A DNA stretch of 63,933 nucleotides, counting the filler, from Octopus bimaculoides (Eukaryota): NCBI RefSeq assembly GCF_001194135.2. It is 6 parts of 6 records of this genome, joined end to end, with 100 filler letters (N's around TTAATTAATTAA, not from the genome) between each part and the next. Parts side by side here need not be neighbours in the genome. Positions count along the whole stretch, not along the records: positions 1 to 19,982 come from NC_068991.1; 5 more parts are not named here. One strand, 5' to 3'. The translations under genes were made by a program, and so were the position numbers. The notes below the pieces were generated by a model, which made no database searches, was not told the origin of the DNA, and saw only the letters and a program-made list of their open reading frames with translations. Below, piece by piece: positions 1 to 13,252 of this stretch (its first letter is position 1; every line of letters starts with the position of its first letter).

Positions 1-300
1 TACGTGCGTGTTTGCGTGTCTCTATGTATCTGTACGTGTATATGTATGTATATATGTATGTTTGTAGGTATGTATGTGTACGTATATGCGTGTATGTATT
101 TATGTGTGTGTACGAGTGTATGTATGTATGCATGTGTGTATGTATGTATGTATGTGTACGTGTGTGTGTATGTATATATGTATGTGTACGTGTGTATATG
201 TATATATGTATGTGTATGTATGCATGCTTACATATGTATGTATGCATGTGTACGTGTGTGTATATGTATGTGTGTATGTACGTATGTATGTATGCGTGTT
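1..300. repeat. (TATG/TG)n compound microsatellite
   Basis: Direct reading. Confidence 0.95.
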
Positions 301-646
301 CTCTGTTTTTAATTATATGAAATCTTCCTCGGAGGAAAGAGTTGGTTTCTAACAAAGATACGAATTGGAATGTAGATAACAAAACCAAATACACATTTTG
401 AACTGGAGAAAAAAGTCTTGCTTATTTTTACTGTTTAACATACAGATAATATTTGTAATATTAGCTGTAGTAGGTAAATTTCTTTCTCTGAAAATCTCAG
501 CTTATCAAGATTACCACTTAGGCATTTACTCAGAAAACCAAGTGAACTAATTATCATTAGTTTAAATGAGAATTAATAATCTGGATATAAAAGTAGGAGG
601 TTTCGAATCTGTTGTCCACATTATCCTTTTTCTCCTTGATTTTCAG

Positions 647-684
647 TGATGTTCACATCAACAGTGTAGTTGATCTCCATAATG
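647..684 (+). CDS. Candidate 38-nt exon of an unidentified gene (DVHINSVVDLHN)
   Basis: Strong acceptor tttttctccttgattttcag, donor gtacgt and an open frame. No protein family recognised. Confidence 0.3.
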
Positions 685-823
685 GTACGTATTTTCTCGT
701 TTCTGTCCCAAACGACTAAATCTGATCTGTTATGTTTACACTTAACAGGAGTTTCGTTTGATATGCTTCACTAATATGTTTCCTGGATTAATGTTTGTGT
801 AGGTATTAAATAGCAGAGGGGAT

Positions 824-1252
824 ACTCTTTACTCTTTTACTCTTTTACTTGTTTCAGTCATTTGACTGCGGTCATGCTGGAGCACCGCCTTTAGTCGAAC
901 ATATCGACCCCGGAACTTATTCTTTATAAACCTAGTCCTTATTCTATCGGTCTCTTTTTGCCGAACCGCTAAGATACGGAGACGTAAACACACCAGCATC
1001 GGTTGTCAAGCGATGATAGGGGGACAAACACAGACACACAAAAACACATACATATATNNNNNNNNNNNNNNNNNNNNNNNNNNNNNNNNNNNNNNNNNNN
1101 NNNNNNNNNNNNNNNNNNNNNNNNNNNNNNNNNNNNNNNNNNNNNNNNNNNNNNNNNNNNNNNNNNNNNNNNNNNNNNNNNNNNNNNNNNNNNNNNNNNN
1201 NNNNNNNNNNNNNNNNNNNNNNNNNNNNNNNNNNNNNNNNNNNNNNNNNNNN

Positions 1253-1283
<31 letters not shown>

Positions 1284-1400
1284 TACGATGGCCTTCTTTC
1301 AGTTTCCGTCTACCAAATCCACTCACAAGTCTTTGGTTGGCCCGAGTCTACAGGAGAAGACACTTGCCCAAGATGCCACGCAGTGGGACTGAACCCGGAA
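824..1400 (-). mobile_element. SINE family A (tRNA-like head, internal TA/CA microsatellite, GTAAAAGA tail)
   Basis: Homologous to copies at 10.2-10.6, 24.8-25.1, 26.4-27.1, 30.9-31.1, 31.9-32.5 and 41.5-41.7 kb. CpGs are retained in this copy. Confidence 0.85.
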
Positions 1401-3894
1401 TATATTTCAAAAGAGTCCTTTTTTTCTTCACCACATGGCATTGTATATAGTTTTAACATATGAAGGTAGCTCCTTGAAGATATTTTCTAGCAACAGCCAA
1501 TCATATGGGTGATGTCTTCCCGAGAAATATGACATAATACTTTGGTTGCATTTTGGGGGTTGAAAGTTTCACTGTTCTTTTTGTTTATTAGATAACCCGT
1601 AGCACTCCCCTGCACTTGGATTTCAAACGCACGGCCTTCAAAGTTTGTTGTGATGTAACGATCACGATTCCAATAGGAACTGCGCTTCATGTGCATATTA
1701 TTGACTTGTTCAAGTCTTTGAGATAATACCCATGCGTAGTACTTTATTGATATGCTGAGTACATCACATGCAAATCTTCTTTGAGACATCGTAGTCCGGC
1801 TACTTCAGGGTAATACGGGAGGTCAGCAAGAAGAGAATGCTTTCTGAGGAACTAACAGCCGACACGCAAGATGTTGTTCCTTTCGCTTTTCAGAATTAAG
1901 TTTATGTATTTTTACTTATTCTTTCTTTATTTCTTTCTTTCTTTCTTTCTTTCTTTATTTATTTATTTATTCTTCTTGCTATTGTTTAGTAAGTACTGCC
2001 TGAGAGAAACTATACGACATTCGAATACTGTCTGCACTAATCTTAAGCCTTTTCCTCCTTCATCTCTTATGTATGTATACTGTCCATGTACGTATGTATG
2101 TATGTATGTATGTATGCATATATGTATGTGTATGTATGTATGCATGTTTGCATGTATGTATGTATGTATGTATGTATGTATGTATGTATGCATGTATGTA
2201 TTTCAGTCTTCAGTTTTATTTCAAGGTTTCTAACCTGGATCCAGGGCTCCTTCGTTGAAATTCCAATATCAACAACAGGGTATTTTTGTATGTATGTCTT
2301 TCTGTTTTTTAAACGATCAGTGTACGAGAGTCGCCCGAAAACCATTAAATATTTATTGCGGAGAGACTTTTTGAACACCCTATACACCCTCCCCACACAC
2401 ATATGCATATGTATTGATGTTTTCATTTGTGTGAAGTTGTATATAATTAGGTAATATTAAACTGAACTTAGGAGTTCTAGTAGCATACATGTTTCTTAAA
2501 TTCTTACTAGAAAAAGGTTTTTTCGGAATTTCAGCTTGCTTGCCTTCTTCAGACAGTTTGATGAAGTGTAAAAAGTCGAAACTTCGAAGTTACTGCAAAC
2601 ACACTTATAGAGCAAGCATACTCACTTTCCACCTATCAAATTACACTCTTAAGATATTGGACCTACATGAGATACTTGCTCTAGATGCCATACAAGTGCA
2701 TTTGAAATGAATACCTCGTGGTTACGAAAGGATTTCAAAGCTACCCGACCCTATAAAGCACACACACATACACACCCTATCTCTCTCTCTCTCTCATTCT
2801 CTGTCGCTCTTTCTCTCTCACACACAAAAACTCTCAATACACATACAGAATGAGACCGGTATTATAGATAATTAGGATACTAATAATAGATTGAGACTGA
2901 TTTCCCAACTATGTTAACAATTACAATGAAAAAGTAATTAGAAATGATTAGCATTGGTGCATTCATACACAAGTGGTCGAGTTGGGTCATTTCCTCTTTA
3001 ACATCACACACGTTAATGACGGCGATGATGTTGAAATGTGGTGAAGAAAAAAATCGAAGAGAAAATATTTTTTATACTCTGAGGAGAGAACACACACACC
3101 AGCGATAGATAAGAGCAAACATATTAGCAGTGGAAGAAACGGGAAGGGTGAGTGCAGAAGAAATCAAAAGAAAACGCTTCCAAATACAGCATTAAATGAG
3201 AAATTATCTTAAGATCTGAACCTATAAGAATGGAAACAAAAGATGTGATCTTTGAACTGAGGAGGATAAAAATGCTCAAAACTATTTGCATAACAAGTAG
3301 CATTGTTTAAACATCAGACAATATCTAAACATCAGATAAGATATACGTGTACAGTGCAGACACGTTAATAAGAGCTTGTTATGGAAATGGGTCACATCAA
3401 ATTCATCTAATAGCATATAAACACATACATATATGAATATCATCACAATCGATTTTCTTCACTTCTTTTCTTCGTTGCTCTAACCTTATTCTTTTTCTTC
3501 CCATTTACCCCATTTTCTCATTTCTCTACGCTTTTTCTTCCAATCTCTTCCTCCCATTCTTTTACCTCTTTTTCTATCTGTGAATATGTTTCATCCTCCC
3601 ATTATTGATAGATTATTGATAGATCTGTTAGCATTTAAGATGTTCAAGATGAAATAACTCAGCTCAAACATCTCACAGCTACGAACTTTTACTGAGAGGG
3701 GAAGCAACTAATTGTTTCAAAAATATTTCAGAGCACGACCTGAAAGACCAATCCGGAACGAATGCCTTTTGACATGGAACGATGAGTACCATAATAATCG
3801 TCACTTTCTATTTTTATACCTAAAACCATTAGTAAAAAACAAAAATTGTATTGGCTGCCATATATATATTAATTGACATATGAAGATATTTATG

Positions 3895-4224
3895 TCAGCG
3901 AGCTGGCAGAATCATTACCACGTCGGGCAAAATGCTTAGCTGAATTTCGTCATTTACACTCTGAGTTCAAATTCCGCCGAGGTCGACATTGCCTTTCATC
4001 CATTTGGAATCGATAAAATAATTACAAGCTGAGCACTGGGGGTCGTTGTAATCGATTTACTCACTTCCCCGAAATTAATGGACTGGTGCCAAAATTTGAA
4101 ATCGATGCATGTACATACATATACATGATGTGATATATACATATATATATACATATATATATATATATATTATAAAAATACAATCGTTAAAGACTTTATC
4201 AGTGGCCAGCATATAATATAGACC

Positions 4225-4258
<34 letters not shown>

Positions 4259-5075
4259 AAGGCAACAATTTTGAGAGGCGAGATCTTAGTCGATTCCATC
4301 GAAATTAATATTTGACTGCTACTTTTTATTTTTCCGAAAAGAAGAGTAGATTTCAGTGGGATTTGAACAGAGAACGTAGAGGCGGAACAAATAACGTAAA
4401 GAATTTTCTTCGACACTTTAACGAATCTGCCGATCAAACTTCAGCTTTTAATCTTTTCTACTCTAGGCACAAGGCCCGAAATTTTGGAGGTGGGGGCCCA
4501 GTCGTTTAGATCAACACTAAAACACAACTGGTATTTAATTTATCGACTCCCGAAAGGGTGAAAAGCAAAGTCGACCTCGGCAGAATTTGAACTCAGGACG
4601 TAAAGACAGACGAAATACCGCCAAGCATTTTGCCCGGCTTGCTAACGTTTCTGCCAGCTGGCCGTCTTAAATTTCCGGTTTTTATGATTTGAGTTTAAAT
4701 TCCACCGAGGCTGACTTCGTCTTTCATCCTTTCAGAGTCAATAAAATAAGTATCAGTTGAGAACTGGCGTTGATGTAATCAACAAGCTCCCTCCCTTAAA
4801 AGTTAACACTGGTGCCTATAGTAGAAAGGATTATTATTATTAATTTCTTAAAAGAGATGACCTGGCAAAACCATTAGCGTAACGAACAAAACTCATAGCG
4901 ACATTTCTTCAAACTTTTTACGTTCTGAGTTCAGTTCCTGACGGTGTTGACCTTTCCTCATATCCTTTCAGGGGATCGATAAAAGGAAGTACCAGTCAAG
5001 TACTGAGATTGATTTCATTGACTAACCTTCTCCAAATTGCTGATCTTTTTGCCAAAATGTGAAACATTATTATTA
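3895..5075. mobile_element. Cluster of family B tRNA-derived SINEs (aaggcggcgagctggcagaa head; gtcgactttgcctttcatcctttcggggtcgataaa core), mixed orientation
   Basis: About five copies with an A-box-like gagctggcag, a B-box-like gagttcaaattcc and the shared core. Confidence 0.85.
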
Positions 5076-5514
5076 CGGTACAATGTTTAAGACTTGTGCA
5101 TTCATGCTGCCCTCGTGGCGAATAAAAAATGTGTTCGGTTTATACAAGTGCATCGTATGACGGAGAGTGTTTAGGGTAACGTCTTGTAAACAGATTGCAT
5201 TAAGTCGCAGGTGTTGAGAAGTTATGTGATAAATTTTAACAAGATAAAATCAAGTGAAACACCATAAAATACCATTACCGCATGTTTAATAGTTATGTAA
5301 TTATAGTCTGCATTGTTTCTATTCGTTTTATGGAATCTGCTCAATGCAATCATAACCATTCCAAGTTCCAGCTATCTCTGAATATTTATCACTGCTACTA
5401 CGATTGTAACTAAATTATATTTACATCAAGAACGTGGTTGGAAGAGAATACATATCAAAAGAGGAACGTTCTGCAAACTAAATACAACGAATCTAGTTGG
5501 ATCTTAGTATTTGT

Positions 5515-6561
5515 CTTTCTTTCTTTATTGCCCACAGGAGGCTAAACATAGAGGGAACAAACAATGACAGACAAAGGGATTAAGTCGATTAAATCGACCC
5601 CAGTGCGTAACTTGTACTTATTTAATCGATCTCGAAAGGATGAAAGGCAAAGTCGACCTCAGCGGAATTTGAACTCATAACGTAACTGCAGACGAAATTT
5701 TGGGACAGGGCCAGCAAGTACGGGTTAGGAGTATATCGATTAAATCAACCCCAGTAAATAACTGTCGGAATTTTAAATCGGGACGTAAAGACGGATGAAA
5801 TGCCGCTAAGTATTTCGCCCGGTGTGCTAACGATTCTTGTTTCTTTATTGCCCAGAAGGGGCTAAACATAGAGGGAACAAACAATGACAGACAAAGNNNN
5901 NNNNNNAGGCTAAACATAGAGGGAACAAACAATGACAGACAAAGGGATTAAGTCGATTAAATCGACCCCAGTGCGTAACTTGTACTTATTTAATCGATCT
6001 CGAAAGGATGAAAGGCAAAGTCGACCTCAGCGGAATTTGAACTCATAACGTAACGGCAGACGAAATACCACTAAGCATTTCGCCCGGTGTGCTAACGATT
6101 CTGCCAGCTCACCGCCCTTCTAAGTATTTATCTTCTTTTCTACTCTATGCACAAGGCCTGAAATTTTTAGGGAAGGGGCCAGTCGACTAGATCGACCCCA
6201 GTACGCAACTGGTACTTAATTTATCGACCCCGAAAGGATGAAAGGCAAAGTCGACCTCAGCCGATTTTGAACTCAACGTAACGGCAGACAAAATACCGCC
6301 ATGCATTTCGCCCGGCGGGCTAACTTTTCTTATTTCTTTATTGCCCACAAGGAGTTACACACAGAGGGGACAAACAAGAACAGACAAACGTATTAAGTCG
6401 ACTAGATCGATCCCAGTACGCAACTGGTACTTAATTTATCGACCCCGAAAGGATGAAAGGCAAAGTCGACCTCAGCTGAATTTGAACTCAACGTAACGGC
6501 AGACAAAATACCACTAAGCATTTCGCCCGGCGTGCTAACGTTTCTGCCATCTCGCCGCCTT
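5515..6561 (-). mobile_element. Head-to-tail array of family B SINEs
   Basis: About five consecutive same-strand units, several pairs nearly identical. Confidence 0.9.
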
Positions 6562-6926
6562 AGTTCGAGGTAATTGCATCAAGTGTAGCCACATCAAAGG
6601 ACTCTTTTGCAGGACAGAGCTATCCTGGTAATATCTAATTTTCGTCAAGGTTGCCCTCGTCATCATTAAGGTGGCGAACCGGTAGAATTGTTAGCGTGCA
6701 AGACAAATTAATTAGTCAAATGCGAAAGTAGAACTAACAGCATTTCATCCGTCTTTTTACGTTCTGAGTTCAAATTCCACAAAGTCGACTTTACATTTCA
6801 TTCTTTTGTGGGTCTATGAAATAAGTACCAGTTGAACACTGGGGTCGATATAATCAATTATCCCTCTCCTCCAAAATATCAAGCTTTGTGCATACAGTAG
6901 AAAGGGTTATATCATCATTATCATCG

Positions 6927-6978
<52 letters not shown>

Positions 6979-7668
6979 TATCGTCATCATTTATCATTAG
7001 AAGTATCGATATTGAAGACCGCATTGGGTCAGAAACGATAGAATGCGGGTCTAAGTCTATCTGCGTTGAAATCCCATCAGGAATCAAAATCCCGTCTCAG
7101 ATTCCTTTTCCAGTATTGCGAAATAAGAAAACAGAATGTCTGTGTGTGTATGCGTGTTCGTGTGTGAGTGAGTGTATGTGTGTGTGTGTGAATGCATGTG
7201 TGTGTGTGTGCGTGAGTGCATGCATGCGTTCGTGTGTGTTAAGACCGATTCAATTGAGTATGTTTACGTTTCCCCCCATTAGAAACATGTGGCCTGGTGC
7301 CAATCTGTGAAACCATTATTATCAATAAATGTATTTTTGGCAAGAGAATTGAACTAAAATTGCGTGTTGAAACAGATATTATTGTATTTTGGTAAATGCA
7401 TGTTTGTTTTCTAATTCGACATATACTTTTTTGGCAAGAGATAGGAAGCAACTCACATTTTTTTTTTTTACGGTAAATATAAATGATGTATATATACAAT
7501 GGGCCAAAAGTCACGCACAAAATAAGTTCAATACTCTTCGGAATTGTTAAAGACTCACTTCAAGTTTTCTAAAATTGAATAAATTAAAATAATGATGAAC
7601 ACATATGCACTTGTATATGATGAACAAAATGAATAATAACAACGACAACAACAACAACAACAGTAATA

Positions 7669-7774
<106 letters not shown>

Positions 7775-9399
7775 NNNNNNNNNNNNNNNNNNNNNNNNNN
7801 NNNNNNNNNNNNNNNNNNNNNNNNNNNNNNNNNNNNNNNNNNNNNNNNNNNNNNNNNNNNNNNNNNNNNNNNNNNNNNNNNNNNNNNNNNNNNNNNNNNN
7901 NNNNNNNNNNNNNNNNNNNNNNNNNNNNNNNNNNNNNNNNNNNNNNNNNNNNNNNNNNNNNNNNNNNNNNNNNNNNNNNNNNNNNNNNNNNNNNNNNNNN
8001 NNNNNNNNNNNNNNNNNNNNNNNNNNNNNNNNNNNNNNNNNNNNNNNNNNNNNNNNNNNNNNNNNNNNNNNNNNNNNNNNNNNNNNNNNNNNNNNNNNNN
8101 NNNNNNNNNNNNNNNNNNNNNNNNNNNNNNNNNNNNNNNNNNNNNNNNNNNNNNNNNNNNNNNNNNNNNNNNNNNNNNNNNNNNNNNNNNNNNNNNNNNN
8201 NNNNNNNNNNNNNNNNNNNNNNNNNNNNNNNNNNNNNNNNNNNNNNNNNNNNNNNNNNNNNNNNNNNNNNNNNNNNNNNNNNNNNNNNNNNNNNNNNNNN
8301 NNNNNNNNNNNNNNNNNNNNNNNNNNNNNNNNNNNNNNNNNNNNNNNNNNNNNNNNNNNNNNNNNNNNNNNNNNNNNNNNNNNNNNNNNNNNNNNNNNNN
8401 NNNNNNNNNNNNNNNNNNNNNNNNNNNNNNNNNNNNNNNNNNNNNNNNNNNNNNNNNNNNNNNNNNNNNNNNNNNNNNNNNNNNNNNNNNNNNNNNNNNN
8501 NNNNNNNNNNNNNNNNNNNNNNNNNNTATATATATATATATATTCTGTCATTACTATAGTAGAAGGCACATCCCCAAGGTGCCGCGAAATAGGATTGAAC
8601 CCAAAAGCATTTTGTAAAAAAAACTTGCTCAAGATTCCAAATTGTAGAATTGAACTCGGAACCTCTTGATTAGGTAATGAATTTTACCAGTAGCCATGCT
8701 GCGTCCTTTTGCACATGAACTACATCGTTCTGTTTATCTTTTTTCTTTTTAAAAATGGTAGGGTTAATGTACATCTTAGATAATTTGGTGGATATTTCTA
8801 GCAGGTCGAGTGACCTGGTTGGGGTTGTTTTCTGGTGGCTGTTTTAATAAAGAATTTTAAACTGAGACTCAAAGAAAAATGGCAATGCCACAACCAAATC
8901 GATATTATTTGGTAAACTTCAAAAAATTGTATAAAGTCTGATGCCATGGGGGAATATCTTAAATGAGTATGGAAGCTGAGCATTTAGTACTACACGAACA
9001 TTTTAAAAACAAAGATAAATAAATAAAATAAAATAATAATAATTTTATTTCCGATAAAAGTTTTTGCTAGAAACACCAGTACCTTCATTTCCCCATGGCA
9101 TGATTTGCAAACATCACTAAATCATATTTGTCGACGCAAACCAGCGCTAGTTTTCTCGGTTTTTGTTTGCTAAATCGATATCAGATATTCTTACAAGTAA
9201 ACCCTGTGTAAAAACTATGTGTAAACGATACAACTGTTGCCAGCATCGTAACATACATCACACTGGCGAAACATCTACAAGTTAAAGTAAACAATTGACA
9301 ATGCACCTCCAAACTGGCGACCTGTACATTCAATTTTTAACAAAGAAAGGTTCGAAATAAAAGTGAAAACGCTGTTAGCTCATTTTTTTCAGTATCTTC

Positions 9400-9591
9400 T
9401 TTCTTTATTCCTTATTTTCTTCTTCTCTTTCATTTGCTTCTAATTTTTTCTTCTTCTTTTTCTCCTTTTATTTTCATTCATTCAATTCTTTCTTTGAGTC
9501 ATTCAATGATTCATTCTTTCCTCATTCGCTTCTTTACTTCGGTCTTGTATTTGTTTCTATTTCTTCAGTTTCACTCTCTTCTTTCTTTCTC

Positions 9592-9623
<32 letters not shown>

Positions 9624-9900
9624 TCATTCATTCATTTTCATCCACTGATTCCTTCTCCCTCCATTCTTCCTCCATTTTTCCTTCTTCCTACACTTCTTCA
9701 TTCCTTCTTGTCTTCCTTTCTATTTCTTTCATTTTTTTCATTCTTTTCTTTACCCCTTTACTTTCTTTCTTTCATTCTTCCCCCACCCTTCCCTTTCTCC
9801 TTTCTTTTCCTTTTTCCTTCTACTTTCTATTTTATTTTCCATTATTTTCTTCCTTCTCGAATTCTCGCATCTCTTTACCCTTCCGCCTGAGAGAGAGAGA
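9400..9900 (+). repeat. Polypyrimidine low-complexity tract
   Basis: Rich in CTTT, TTCA and CTT. Confidence 0.85.
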
Positions 9901-10239
9901 GACTAGTTGATTGTCTGTCTCACCCCACCCCAGTCTGTTTCTTTTTACATCTTTAATTCACTGCTTGTTTGTTCATTCCTTAATTATCTCTTTTGTATCT
10001 GTTTGTTTTCTAATGACCATTTAAACCAATAACAAGAAGAAAACAAAAACATAAATTGCAAAAAATTATTCATAGAACGCACACACACACACACATGCAA
10101 TCTACAGAAGTATATAAATATGCATACACATAATATATACACATAATATATATACATTTATACACACACATACACACATACATACATATATATATATGTA
10201 TACAGACACAAATATATATATTTTAGTTTTTTTATTCCT

Positions 10240-10427
10240 TTGTTTCTTTCAGTCATTTGACCACGGCCATGCTGGAGCACCGCTTTTAATCGAACAAATC
10301 GACCCTAGGACTTATCCTCTGTAAGGCTATTCCTCATTCTACTGGTCTCTTTTACGGGGACGTAAATACACTAGCATCGTTTATCAAGCGATGCTGTGGG
10401 TACAAACACAGACACACAAGAACACAA

Positions 10428-10462
<35 letters not shown>

Positions 10463-10629
10463 TACTTATATATGACGGACTGCTTTCAGTTTCCGCCTAC
10501 CAAATGCACTCACAAGGCTTTGGTCGGCCCGAGGCTATAGTAGAAGACACTTACCCAAGGTGCACCCTGGGATTGAACCCGGAACCATGTGGTTGGTAAG
10601 CCAGCTATTTACCACACAGCCACTCCTGC
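10240..10629 (-). mobile_element. SINE family A, near full length
   Basis: Head gcaggagtggctgtgtggtaa...gggttcaatccc (A/B-box-like), with body and tail shared with the other copies. Confidence 0.85.
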
Positions 10630-10743
10630 NNNNNNNNNNNNNNNNNNNNNNNNNNNNNNNNNNNNNNNNNNNNNNNNNNNNNNNNNNNNNNNNNNNNNNN
10701 NNNNNNNNNNNNNNNNNNNNNNNNNTATATATATATATATGGA

Positions 10744-11023
10744 CAGGGGTTGGACAAAATAATGGAAACATCTTGCATCATAGCATCACAATTTTGAAAT
10801 ATCTATAAAACCGTCAAAAGCTTGATTATTTTTATATGTTTTGATATATTATTAGCGTTGCTTAATATGTTTTGCTAAAATTGCTATTCCTTTTCAGATA
10901 TCATCAGAAAAAGATAATTGAAATGCATTAAAATGACAGATCTATCGGACTTTCAAAGAGATCAAATTGTTGGCGCTCGTATGGCAGGCACTAACGTAAG
11001 GAAAACAACCGAAATGTTTGGTG
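10744..11023 (+). mobile_element. Tc1-like transposon 5' end (TIR and transposase start)
   Basis: CAGGGGTTGGACAAAATAATGGAAAC end. ATG at 10933 gives MTDLSDFQRDQIVGARMAGTNVRKTTEMFG, a Tc1 HTH N-terminus. Confidence 0.8.
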
Positions 11024-11428
11024 AAAGACAAAGGATAAAGATAAGATAACAACCTGCTCATAAAATGAAAGAAAAATGTTAAAATGTGCAGCAAAACACC
11101 CCTCCCAGATTCATCAGTCTTGATAGACGTTTCAACAGCGATTGCATGGTATGCATTGATTCAAGCCAAGATTGTAACTGAAGGAGACAGTAAAACATTC
11201 ACTACGTGAAGATATCATCATTGTTTGCCTAACTTTACTTGCGCCACACCAATCGCCGCATCAAATATGAAGCGTTTTATGTCGCACCTATGTGTGAAAG
11301 ATCACTAGGATATGCGCAGGTTACAATTTACTTCAGCAGCAGACTTGACTCCCCGACGAAACACACATATAGTATTTCTTACTATAGGAAAACCCAATCC
11401 AGCCACGTATAGAACACACCAGAACACT

Positions 11429-11750
11429 GGCACTCCATCGCTTACGACGACGAGGGTTACAGTTGATCCGATCAACGGAAAATCTTGTTCGTGAAATTAA
11501 CGTGCATGTGGCTGAACAGTCAACAGACACGCGAACCCTTAACGCAATTCTCAGGGAGATTCAGCGTGAGACAGAGTGTGAAAGGCTGTCTCTTTGAAAT
11601 ACAGGTTCAACTCATTTTTGCTAGCTGAGTACACTGGAGCAACGTGAAATAAAGTGTCTTGCTAAAGGACACAACACACCACCGAGAATCGAACTCGCGA
11701 CCTTACGATCGCAAGCCGAATACCCTAACCACTAAGCCACGCGCCTTCAC
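11429..11750 (-). mobile_element. SINE family C (tRNA-like head plus gtgtccttgagcaagacactttatttcacgttgctccag central domain)
   Basis: Reverse complement of the copy at 20473-20786, with A/B-box-like motifs. Confidence 0.85.
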
Positions 11751-12239
11751 ACCCGAACACTAGAATAACAACATCGTAATAAAAATGTCTCTCTCCTTTT
11801 CAAACAGAGAGATCATAAGAAACGCATACACGAAAATAACTTCAACAGCCAATAATCAATAATCCCAATTGATTCCAATTGAGATTATTGATTTTGGATA
11901 CCGTCAACAATAATTGCCGAGGAACAGTAACTATTATGAGCCGGGTGAGTCCACTTCGCCAGTATCCGCTATGGCCCGCTCCAGAATCTTCCGGTGAACA
12001 TAACACTGATGGACGACGGTGATGGTGCAATATGCCAAAACAGTCACATTGCAATCCACATGATTCGTCCCTGCATATTGGAATGTGTTTTATGTTCCTC
12101 AGGCGGAATTATGGTAAATCTAACGAGATTGATGTGTTGGGGTCGAGTCACGTTGTCTGGTCTACGGGTCTACGAGGCCTGTGTCTAAATCTTGGTTCGA
12201 TCAGGGATGACCTCCGTCTATGAAGCAAAATTTGCATGA

Positions 12240-12759
12240 GTAGTAATCACACCATCATCGTCACATAATTATTTCTCCCACTAACTGCCGTCATTACCAA
12301 ACTCCATAACATCACTATGACAACGGTCATCGACAGCAAAACCAAGACCACCATAACCGTCACCGAAACCAGAATCACCATCAAAGACCACCACCGCCAC
12401 CACCCCTGGCACTATCCCCCATCGTCACCACCACCACCACCAACACTACGAGCGTCACAATCGCGTTGCCACAACTAACCCAGCTCCCACCAAAACAAGA
12501 ATCATCATCAAAACCACCATCATTGCTGCTGCTGCTGTCTCCGTCGTCGCTGCCACCGCTCCCACTGCCACCACCGATATGGAAACGATGATAACCACCA
12601 CCACCACTACCACCGCTGCGGCCGCCACCGCTACCACCACCATTACCACCACCGCCAACAACAACGCCACTACCACCGTCGCCACCACCACCACCACCAC
12701 CACCGCCACCACCTTCACCACCACCAACACCACCACTACCAACAAGAAGTACAACACTA
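12240..12759. repeat. Degenerate (ACC/CAC)n trinucleotide tract
   Basis: Direct reading; it explains the poly-Thr/Val ORFs. Confidence 0.9.
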
Positions 12760-13252
12760 NNNNNNNNNNNNNNNNNNNNNNNNNNNNNNNNNNNNNNNNN
12801 NNNNNNNNNNNNNNNNNNNNNNNNNNNNNNNNNNNNNNNNNNNNNNNNNNNNNNNNNNNNNNNNNNNNNNNNNNNNNNNNNNNNNNNNNNNNNNNNNNNN
12901 NNNNNNNNNNNNNNNNNNNNNNNNNNNNNNNNNNNNNNNNNNNNNNNNNNNNNNNNNNNNNNNNNNNNNNNNNNNNNNNNNNNNNNNNNNNNNNNNNNNN
13001 NNNNNNNNNNNNNNNNNNNNNNNNNNNNNNNNNNNNNNNNNNNNNNNNNNNNNNNNNNNNNNNNNNNNNNNNNNNNNNNNNNNNNNNNNNNNNNNNNNNN
13101 NNNNNNNNNNNNNNNNNNNNNNNNNNNNNNNNNNNNNNNNNNNNNNNNNNNNNNNNNNNNNNNNNNNNNNNNNNNNNNNNNNNNNNNNNNNNNNNNNNNN
13201 NNNNNNNNNNNNNNNNNNNNNNNNNNNNNNNNNNNNNNNNNNNNNNNNNNNN

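Noticed and set aside
4-352. Cys/Val/Tyr/Met-rich ORFs, and the many [12 protein letters not shown] ORFs throughout
   Set aside because: Artefacts of dinucleotide and tetranucleotide repeats and N gaps.
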